Assembly (NCBI GenBank): GCA_027604505.1
Contig: JADIIX010000062.1
Span: 113,815 to 133,814, forward strand
Direction of reading: 5' to 3'
DNA: 20,000 nt
Origin: Gonapodya sp. JEL0774
Taxonomy: Eukaryota
Shown: piece by piece, positions 10,801-20,000 of the stretch
Layout of the letters: every line of letters starts with the position of its first letter
Numbering within the stretch: the stretch's first letter is position 1
Notes under the pieces: generated by a model
What the model was told of the DNA's origin: nothing
The model's database searches: none
Seen by the model: the letters and a program-made list of their open reading frames with translations, nothing else
Made by a program: the position numbers and the translations under genes

Positions 10801-11399
10801 TCGCACGCGATTATCCTGATCATTGAAACAAGCAAGCACTGGAGGCATGATGTCGGCGAGGTAGCTCACCAGGTCCTACACTCAGTTCAACAGAATCACT
10901 TCAGTCGATGACAAAGCGAAAAATGCTTATCACTCAGAGAACTGATAACGCACCGGTCCAAGGGCTATTGCAGCACCCGCAAGACCAATCAGACCGCCAT
11001 TTCTCGCATTCGGCATCTGAAAGTTGTAGGTGAAATCGTTCACCAGGGATTGAATGATGTTGTAGATTCGTGAGTCATCCTTGTTCGTTTGAGCCTCGCG
11101 GACGAGCCTGGCATGCAGACAGTCAAAAATAATAGATATCACAGATACGTGAGTGCCGCTCACTTTTCCACATCAAGTGCTGCCCCCTTGCGTTTTTCAT
11201 AGCTGCACAATTAGTATTTCGGAATGTTAAACGATCGGGTGATCGAAACATGGAGTAGTGACACAAGATTCGAGACTCACAGCTTGTCCTGGAGTCCCTT
11301 CGTGATTCTGTCATTCAAAGCCGGCGAATTGGACGAAGGAGTCGCTGCCGATATGGCAAGCGAGGATATCGATCCGGGACGAGTGGCAGCGGACGCCAT
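7810..11399 (-). CDS. VAC14: Vac14, HEAT-repeat scaffold of the PI(3,5)P2 regulatory (Fab1/Fig4) complex, multi-exon
   Basis: ATG at 11399 (MASAATRP...[22 protein letters not shown]), then [136 protein letters not shown] and [12 protein letters not shown]. Stop TGA at 7812-7810. Confidence 0.97.
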
Positions 11400-12565
11400 T
11401 AACAGAATGTGCAACTAACTCCAGCTGTTTTTGGGCAGGTGAACGAGGCCACATGACATGACTTCACAGATTGCACAAAATTTTGCGATAAGACACGGGA
11501 AAACCCCTCGTTGACAATCACTTGCACGTGACGTGCAAATGTTTGTCGTTGCTTCTCGCAACTTCCGTCGACAGTGTGGATACCAAGCGATGCATAGATG
11601 ATCGATGGTGCGTCTTCACTCCGCATGGCATTTACAACACTCCATCCGCTTCATCCTTCCAGTTTCACTTCTTTTCTCCTCCTAGATATATGCCGTTTTC
11701 GACCTCTTTTATCTCCGCTTTGGCTGCCCGAATGGTGTGACCATGCTCCACAGGCGCTTCCACCACCGGCAAGTTGTGTACCTGGCTTGCAAGGCATCTG
11801 GCATGACTGTCGTCATCGCCATCCATTTTGCCCATGCAGCCCTCATTTTTAGTAATCGACTTCCGGCATGGCACTTTTTACTGCATGAGGGTGTTATCAT
11901 TGATGGTTGTGCTCTCTCTCGCAAAAGTTCGCTTGATGAGGGCGCAGGGAGTTTACTACGGTAGTGCTTTTTAGACTGCTCATGTCGCCAGATTGCGATT
12001 AGAGAGCGGTTGCCTTTTCCCTTGAGTGGTGGTAGTGGTAGGAAAGGTCAAGTGGTAAGAGTCATGACATTTCCTCCTTGTCTTCGGCAATATTGCATGC
12101 CACCAATCTTCTCACTATGACTCCAGGCCGCGCTACATTCCGCATTCTGACGACTAGGGCGTATCGCCGCAATATCCTGCGGATTCCTCTCTCTACTCAT
12201 CTTCCCCGTTCTCAAACTCCATCAAAAATCTTCCTCATGGCCCAACCACTGCAATCGAACCCTATCACACTTCTCGACCGTACAGCACGTGCTCGAAACT
12301 CGTGCAACCGAAGTTGCGCTGTCAGAAGGGAGAATCTTCTCCTTGATCAGCTCAACTCGGGTGTGGGCATGAGTAGCAAACGGCATGAAATGTCGTGAAC
12401 GTCGGTCCTTCAATTGTCTGGTTTCGTGAGTTCCAGTGAATGAAATATTAGTATTCGTATGATACATAAGTAGATGTGATGAAAGGTATTTTTATGTGCG
12501 GCATAAACAGGGGGAAACAGGGTGACGGCGATTCTGTACTCAACATAGCTTGATCATAACAACGA
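11400..12565. promoter_or_regulatory. CpG-rich divergent intergenic (putative bidirectional promoter) region between VAC14 and CYFIP
   Basis: Head-to-head ATGs at 11399 (-) and 12566 (+). CpG is visibly abundant here compared with distal gene bodies, and none of its short ORFs encodes a recognisable protein. Confidence 0.55.
11522..11538. promoter_or_regulatory. Perfect palindrome containing an E-box (CACGTG; GTCACGTG on the minus strand) upstream of VAC14
   Basis: TTGCACGT-G-ACGTGCAA has 8-bp arms and a 1-nt spacer and lies ~125 bp upstream of the VAC14 ATG. Function is inferred only. Confidence 0.4.
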
Positions 12566-15500
12566 ATGGCTATCGCGCTGCTCCCCGCGCAAACGTACTT
12601 GAGCAACCTTCAAGAATTCCCTTTCGCTGAGCTTGACGTTAGCGCTGCCGATTGTGCGAATCCACCAATCGTTATCCATTCCACTTTTGGAACCTCTTCC
12701 TCGGACTTTCGCGTGTACGACTGGGAGCTGGACCCTTTCTTCCGAGTGCAGTCTCTCGCAATAGCAAAAATTGTGCGTTGTATCAATCGCTTTGAGTTTC
12801 AAGTGGATACTGGCGATTCACAAATGTTGTTTTGGCAAGCGCGAAACAGTCAACACTGGCACGACGCTGTTGTCTCGTCTCTACGCAACACGAGGCTGCT
12901 ATCGCTCACTCCCACAGGTTCGCGATTCTCGATGGATTCTGGAATGAAATTACATGACATGAATGTGTCCAGGTTCAATCAAATGAAGACCCCAACAGGG
13001 CCGAGATATACAGTCGCACCTTCCAAATCCTCAAACCAGAAGTGGAAAAGGCAAAGGAGCTCATGCGGTTTCTTGATAGTGCCATTGTAACTCTTCGGGA
13101 TGTTTTTTTGTCGTTGCGATTACATTACAAGGATCATTGGGCAAGCGACATGTTACTTGCAGAAACTGCAAATTTATTCAATCTCTTGGTGACTCTTGAC
13201 TATGTCAAAAACATGAAAGGCAGCCTCAACAATGACCTCTCCTTTTTCAAACGGTGGGAGTACAGTTTGGTTTTCCAACATGATCCATTGTAGTTCAAAT
13301 TTGTTAAAAATAGTGCCATGGCAAATATGGGCAGCAAAGCTAGTGCATCAGATGAGGAAACAGCTGAGCTCCACAAACTCTACCTGTTCTTGGGAAATCA
13401 CGATCAATTTGTTTCTGAGCTCCGAAAGCAAATATCAGTGCTGAATGGACACGAAGAGTTCATTTTAGATGTGTGCAACTGGTGTGCAGAAACACATGAC
13501 TCAGGTGCACTCACTATACCTCAGGAAAAATGGGGATTACTAAAGGTATGGAAAGACACCCATCACACAATAGCGGGACTCCTTACCTTGTGCTTGCATT
13601 AGGCAATGGCTCTGGGACTGCTTTTACTAGATACTTCAGTAGATGAGAAAGATGCTTACCTTTGTAAGAAAAAGGTCAAGCTTGACAGATTTGCAAGAAT
13701 TTTAAGGGTATGGGAACAACTCTGAAGCAATTGACACTGCCCACCAGATTTTCTCTCTCCAGAATACACCAGTAGTTCCCCTGTTTGGTGATGTACCTAT
13801 CTGCCTTGCAGCTCTTTATGGAGAAGGAGCATACCTTGCCAAAAAGGGGTGGGAATCTGATTCAGAAGAGGTTTTTGTCAAGAATCATTATCTTCCAAAT
13901 TTGCTGCCCCTCAAAAAGCAACAGTATTCTGAGTACATTGCTGAATGGTCCAATAAAACTGCCAATGTGAGCAAACTCCACACAGAAATGAACAGCAAAC
14001 ACTCATATTTTGTGAATTATCCAATATTGTGCAAGCTTGGTGTGCAGCTGAATCAACTTTCAAATGTTTGGAATACAGAGATATACAATCTTGTACATCG
14101 CGGTATTGCACTATTATCTTCATTAGTGGCACAAGTTCTAGAATCCAGTGCATGGAAGTTTGTGCACCCAGCTAAGACTGGTTTGCAGACTTCTGGTGGA
14201 GCTGCAGATTACAATCTGGTGAGTCACCTTTGCAGAGCATTCCTCTTGTCAAGCATGATTGAACTGACCCCAGCTTTCCAATGCCAATTACAGGCTGTCA
14301 AGTGCAATCTCACCACCACTGAAATGGAGGCGTTGCTTGAGGTGATTATATTATTATGGGATTTGCCTCATATTGCTGAGTCTTGCTGACAGGAACGCAG
14401 TACCTACATATAATTGACAGATTGTCAGCTTCCTTGAACTCAGTTGCTGATGAAATTGAGATAATAATAGGAAGATTTATGTCCCAAGAGCTGCAAATCT
14501 TCAGCAAAACTTCACTTAATGACGTTATTGCTTATGCAAGCAAGAGGAAAAGAGGAATTGTTCCGTGAGTATCTGATATTGTCTCTCTTTCAATGTATTA
14601 AACATATGGTCGGATATTTAAGAGTACTCCAACACGTTCAAATAACGATCTCTGAGTTGTTGCTTCAAGGTAATACACAAAGTCCAAAACATTTTGCATT
14701 TTCAGTGACGCAGGTGTGTAATCAGTTGATAACTGTCACAGGCATGAGTAAAATTAGCTCCCCATAGATTCATTCACTGCAAACATTGCTTGACCACTGT
14801 ACTAATGAAAGGGCTGCATCAATGAGAGGTGGCTTCATGAAAGAAAAAGACTTGAAAGAGGATGATGCAAAATCTTTGCAAGCTTTTATAAAGAGCACAA
14901 CAAGCTGGCCAAAATTAGCAGAGGTTCGGGAAACCATAAAAAAATGCAGTGACCTTTCTGGTCTGTGGTTCAAAGAATTTTGGCTTGAGTTAAGCAGAGA
15001 GATACAGGTGCCTTTCATAATGCATAACTGCCTGATATAGATGGACTCACCGAGAATCCCAGTTTCCAATAGAGTCATCACTCCCATGGCTTGTTTTAAC
15101 ACATGCACTAGATTCTGACAAACCTGAGCATATCAAGCACATTCTTGCACCTCTTAAGATTTATAATGATGCAGCATCACAGATTCTGTACGACATGAGG
15201 TCCAGATATCTTTATAATGAGTTGGTTGCTGAGGTGGGAAAGGAAGCACCATCAGTTATATGTGCACTTTAATCTGCAAACATATGGTGTCAGGTGAATT
15301 TGCTCACTGACCAGCTGATATTCAAGTTGGGGGAAAAGCTATTCACACACTGCAAAGCTCTTGGTGCCATGTATGTGATAGCAGGAAGGAAATCATTCAC
15401 TTAAATTGTTGAATAATCTTTTGTCTCTTTTAGTTCAGTGACTTTTTCAGAGCTGAAAATGCTAGAGGACTCTGTGGATTCAGAAATATTCCCCATAAAC

Positions 15501-17193
15501 ATGTATGATGAGCTAGTGTCGTGCCTTCAAAGCTTTCAGCTGCTTGGGCGGAGTACAAACTTAGCAGCAGCAATTACACAATGCTGCAATAATTTCTTCC
15601 AGCAGAATGTTGATTTGATAATTCAGCGTTTTGAGGCCAGTGACCTTTCATATATTTATGTGAGTTTTACTCCAGAGGTGTGCCTTTAAATTTCAGAGTC
15701 TCACTGTGTCTGTTAGCACCTGAAAATGCAAATGCAGGTACTGCAGCAAAGCCACACACATCTTTCTAGGATTCTTCAGCTTGACCCATGGGAAGATCTT
15801 TTGAGAGAATGCGATGAGTGTGTTGTCATAAGGGCAAGCAGTGGTAGAGTACTTGCTCACACTGTGTTTGAGGTGTTAAATGACTTGTCCAGTGGATGGG
15901 GCTGGAATGGGACACTCAACAGGTAACTCTGAGAACTTTCACTGAAGGCTATGATCCCCTTATCAGTGCAATGCCATTTAGTTTTGCAAGAACCCCCCTA
16001 ATAACAGTTCCAGAAATCTTAACACGATCTTTGTTTCCTAAATGCACACAGCAGTACCTTTATGGTAGTAAAAAGCTTGCAACTACAATTGAGATTATCA
16101 TTCAAGGAAAAGATGATCATCTCAGCAGCTATCACTTTGATGTTATTTGTGAAATGCTAGGTGGATGGGGTGTGGCTGTAGCAATTGGAGAAGCCATTGC
16201 AAAACTTCTGGAGCTGGTGAGGAAGGGGTTGCATCAGGTGTGTGTGGCTTACCTTTGTGAGATAACTTATCATTCCAAAATTAGATTCAAGGACCCACTA
16301 CACAATACTTGAAAGCAATCTGTAAAGGTGTGCCTGAGAATATGAAGCCTCCACTCTTTGAGTATGGTGTGATTGGTGAGGGGATCTGTGGAGTCATTGA
16401 ACTGTTAAACTGCAATGCACCAAAATTTCTCCATGCATTTGGCTTGTAGGTTCAATGGACTATTTCTCTGCTCAATTGAAATCACTTTTGGGGTACTCAG
16501 AGCTCCGTACAGGTGTTTACAATATCTTAAGGCAAACTGGCAATCTCTTGTTCTTCATTATGTGCATGGAACGTGCCTCATATGTGTACCATGGCCAATT
16601 TGAGGAGTCATCAAAGGCTTTTCCACTTACAGCATCATTTTCATGGGGTATTTTTGCAGAGACACTTCACATAATAACAGATTTGCTCAGCAAACAGCAG
16701 GATGGTTTTGAAAGAGAGATTGTTGGTCATACTGGACCTCTTGCTTTCTGGAAAGTCTGGTCATCACTACAATTTTCTTTTTGTCACACAAGCAACCATA
16801 AGGATCAGTGGGGTACAAAGGAAATGTTTGGAGAGGGGTTGGCATTCATAGGGTAAGTCAAATGGTATCACTGCTGACTGAACACAATATGCAAATGTCA
16901 ATAATTGTGTAGTCACGCCATTGTGGTTCTTCTGGGCCAAACTCATCAGTTCAAGGCATTTGGTATGTTTTTATGCGCATATTAGTGTATTACAATCCTA
17001 TCCTCACTTTGAAGCAATGAATTCAGACTTTGTTTCCCATATTAAGCAAGCTTATGAGGCCAAATCACTGTCAACATCACTGCCAATGACAACTTCAGAA
17101 TCATTATCAGAGGAGCAGAAGTTGTTGCATGCTGCCTTGTTTTGGATTGAGATTTTGGCAGAAAGTTTGAGTGTAGTGGAAACTTTGCAGTAG
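12566..17193 (+). CDS. CYFIP: CYFIP/Sra1/PIR121 subunit of the WAVE (SCAR) regulatory complex, divergent, multi-exon
   Basis: Collinear CYFIP motifs: LYATRGCYRSLPQ, KPEVEKAKELMRF, LDYVKNMKGSLNNDLSFFKR|A, PVVPLFGDVPI, SAWKFVHP, CSDLSGLWFKEFWLELSREIQ|FPIESSLPW, IYNDAA...YLYNELVAE|VNL, YLYGSK, FEYG, FWKVWSSLQF and FGEGL. Stop TAG at 17191-17193. Confidence 0.95.
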
Positions 17194-17399
17194 ACCAAGC
17201 TACATGATGTAGACTATTAAAGCTCTGTTTCTATTAATTGTTCACCCTTGTGAGGGAACAAGCAAAGCAATTGAATGACCTGTACGGGCTAGCCCACCTA
17301 GGGGAGGACCAAAAGTTTGTCCATCCTTAAAATTCATTTATTTGGCCAGTGTACCCTCAATTTCAAAGCATTCATGATGATCATTGACACAGTATGAGA

Positions 17400-17544
17400 T
17401 GCCACAGAAGTATGGTGGTGTGTGTGAGCATTGTGTGTAGTATATATTTGTATGATAGATTGCCACACATAGATGAGTGTACCGTGTGAAATATTCGGAG
17501 TTGCCTACACAAGATACTGCCTGTATCCTGACAGGTTATGAGCC
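17400..17544 (+). mobile_element. Copia-type 5' LTR remnant with primer-binding site (left boundary approximate)
   Basis: ...CCTGTATCCTGACA (ends 17533) is immediately followed by GGTTATGAGCC (17534-17544), the Copia-type PBS complementary to an internal part of tRNA-iMet. 17470-17533 aligns with the LTR at 5324-5449. Confidence 0.78.
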
Positions 17545-17914
17545 TGGGCAATTCATAAGTGCCCAAATTGGAATACAGGATGGAACACTGCGATGGATTC
17601 AGTTGCTCTTGCCCTCCCACCCCACACTCCCCACCAAGAGGTCCCCTCCCACCTCACTTACGCTATCGCGTTTTTCACACCCCCCATGCAACTGACTACC
17701 CCCATCATCAAATCTAGAGCAGAGTTAATGTATTTTATGACCACAACTATAATAAATCTGTGAAACTGCTATGGCTAGATCCTACCCTGTCATATGACAA
17801 GTTGAGATGATTCTACTGAAGATGAATCCTTCAAACACAAGGTTTATACAAATGAAGCACAGGCTATCTTCCTCCTCTGCGTGGCACACGGGCGGGGCTA
17901 GATTCTGGGGACAC

Positions 17915-19734
17915 TTAGTGGGCACGTCGCCGATGCTTTGGAGATGATTCTTGTGGGACAGATAAGGGTTTAGGATATGAATAGAATGAACGCAACCTAG
18001 GAAGTACTCACCATCTTCAGTTGGCACTTGACGTCCATGGCGAAGTGTCCTTGGTTCAGGCTTCGGAGCTAGAAGGGCAGCATTCAATCTAATTAGTTGA
18101 AGGGGTACGTGAACACTACACCAGATGCACTTACGTTCAGGTTCCTTTTCCTCTTCTTTCCCTTCTTCCCCTCCATCCCCATCATCGTCATCTTTGTCTT
18201 CGCTCTCGTCTTCTGAAAATGTGACATCTGGCCGCTTACTGAGAGAACTATCAGAATCTGTCAGTGTAGCACAGTTAGGAAGCACTTATATAATGAACAT
18301 GAATTTGGAGATGACACTTACCACTGTCCTGAGTACTGGCGACCTTGGCCTGGAGGTCAAGGTACTTAGCGACATCTGAGGAAACACATGTCAGTCGCTT
18401 CAGATATTCATTGCTTTAGTATGTCAATGAGAACTCACCTGATGGAACACCACGGCTTTTTCTGGGGACTGAACCTACCTTGGTGACTACAAACATTGAA
18501 TGAGCAGTGACTTTGTGCATATGAATGTGTTGTAATAACAGACTCACATGCTTTAGGGACTTCGATAGACACCTCATCGTCAACATCAACAACATGTATC
18601 TCGGACAGCTTGCTCTTTGGTGTGCGTTGAGGTGTGGTTGTCATGCACAATGTTGACTTGACATAGCAGAGAAAATCACGTTCGAGAATCAGTCTAAACA
18701 GAGGAACATTGTAAGAATGTCGCAGGTATCAACAGGAAAGTTGGACTCACTTTTCAAAGACCTTTCCCGCGTCTTCAGTTGACTTGGTCTCCAGGTCCAT
18801 AAGGTAGCTGTCCAGTGAGGAGTTAAGAAGATCATCGAATACCCACGATGTGCACTTCCTGCCAAGAAGTGCACATGCCGCGACCAAGTTCCCAGTGCCC
18901 ACACTTGGAACTGCAATGTTGCTGTCCGAGTTGCTGACCAGTGTGAGAACTTCCATCCAGAATGCCGTTGGGAGAGGCGGAACGGTGAAAAATGGGGCCT
19001 TCTTTGGAGCTTTCTTGGACTCTTGAGGGGCGGTATAAGTCTATACGACAAGAAAAAGCGCGATGCATCAAAATGTGATGAGCAAAGATATATGTTTGAA
19101 ATTGGAACTCACCAATATGTCTGATTCAGGCACAACGTGTGGACCCAAGACATTGGTTGATGCCCATGAGCGGCGCCACTTGGAACCTGCGGACCAGTTG
19201 AGAGACGAGGGAGATTTTGAGGAAACAAGCAGGTGGGCGACGGTGTTGGTGGTGCTGTAGAGCGAAGAATCTTCCCCAAGGTCCTTGGTCGATTTGCGAG
19301 AATGCTGTTGATACGTGACGTGGAGGAGCGAATGCGCGTGAACCCCAGCAGAAGCGAGGTCCTTAAGAGCGGCCTTGTACTGCAGAAGATCCAATCGCTG
19401 GAGCACAAAAATTGTGGGTGAAACATCCTCAAACAAAATTGCAATAAACTAACCTCAATGAGTATTCCTTTGGGCGAGAGTAACTTGACATGTGTAATGT
19501 CACGCAGCCGTCGAAGTTGTGTGGGAAGTGGGGGGGCGAGAGTCTATGCAAAATGTTATTCCAAAGAAATGTGAGGTAGAGTCCATCTCAACTTACCTGA
19601 CTTTCCTTGTCTACTTGATCGGGTGTTGGGAAATCCAGAACAACAATATCAGCTGTCCCTCTGTTCTTGGTGAAGAACGTGGAGAGGAGCTCCTCCTCCA
19701 GGGCACTTGGGGTGATCTTCCTCACCATTGGCAT
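17915..19734 (-). CDS. 421-aa protein: degenerate beta-class N6-adenine/N4-cytosine DNA methyltransferase-like domain + acidic disordered C-terminus; 10 exons
   Basis: Exons 19734-19597, 19543-19454, 19397-19113, 19040-18751, 18693-18548, 18486-18439, 18375-18322, 18257-18135, 18068-18012 and 17949-17915 join through nine GT-AG introns of 53-72 nt into an unbroken 1266-nt frame ending in TAA. Motifs: ADIVVLDFPT, KLLSPKGILI, PLPTAFWMEVLTLVSNSDSNIAVPSVGTGNLVAACALLGRKCTSW. The gene model is well supported, but the fold call is by eye. Confidence 0.78.
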
Positions 19735-19772
19735 GGCGAAAGGGTGACAGAGTGGGGAACCTGTTGTTGTGT

Positions 19773-19884
19773 CACAAATTTTTTTTCCACCCCCATTGTC
19801 AGACCCACCCCCCCGGGGGGTGGAAATTTCTTTTGAGGGGGTGGACAAAATGTGTGAAACCCTAGAGTGAGGGTGGAAAATTTC
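19773..19884. repeat. Nested inverted repeat / GGGTGG motif cluster, resembling a DNA-transposon terminus
   Basis: CACAAATTTTTTTCCACCCCC (19774-19794) pairs imperfectly with GGGGGTGGACAAAATGTGTG (19837-19856). A central palindrome CCAC7G6TGG lies at 19805-19823, and GGGTGGAAA(A)TTTC is repeated at 19818 and 19871. Reading inward from 19864 gives TAGGGTTTCACAC. Confidence 0.6.
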
Positions 19885-20000
19885 AAACTACATTGTTGGA
19901 GAAACTGAGAGACATATATGAGAGGTGGGACAAGTAATCAATTTGGAACTCCTCAAGGTTAGGCATAACAGCATGGAGATTGAAATGATTCAACACTACA

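Noticed and set aside
11598..12467. Several 70-106 aa ORFs between VAC14 and CYFIP
   Set aside because: They overlap on both strands in a GC-rich stretch with no recognisable motif or consistent splice model. A small gene cannot be excluded.
5324..17544. The two related LTRs as ends of a single element capturing VAC14 and CYFIP
   Set aside because: They are in opposite orientation and clearly diverged, and the PBS points outward from the interval.
19280..19320. HSRK in the MTase-like protein, recalling the MT-A70 HSRKP motif
   Set aside because: It is in the wrong position, lacks the Pro and has no downstream ELFAR. The motif-I block fits N6_N4_Mtase better.

Overview
Eukaryotic genomic DNA with many short (about 50-75 nt) GT-AG introns. 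It is probably from a zoosporic (chytrid-like) fungus, inferred from fungal-type VAC14 and ADAM genes alongside a retained CYFIP/Sra1 gene. From left to right it contains: (1) the 3' part of a multi-exon ADAM metalloprotease-disintegrin gene (+, <1-2077); (2) a decayed, nested transposon zone (~2.6-7.6 kb) with an intron-containing integrase-chromodomain-Ulp1-protease pseudogene (Ginger-like), interrupted by a Ty1/Copia 3' end with a 126-bp LTR; (3) VAC14 (-, 7810-11399) and a divergently transcribed CYFIP/Sra1 gene (+, 12566-17193) sharing a CpG-rich intergenic region; (4) a related Copia LTR with its primer-binding site (~17.5 kb); (5) an intact 10-exon gene (-, 19734-17915, 421 aa) that the ORF track shows only as fragments. 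That last gene is the main finding. Its N-terminal ~260 aa has the motif order of a beta-class N6A/N4C DNA methyltransferase with degenerate catalytic and SAM-binding motifs, followed by an acidic tail, and it starts just inside a GGGTGGA-repeat palindromic structure resembling a DNA-transposon end. All family assignments are by eye from motifs, and no database search was run.
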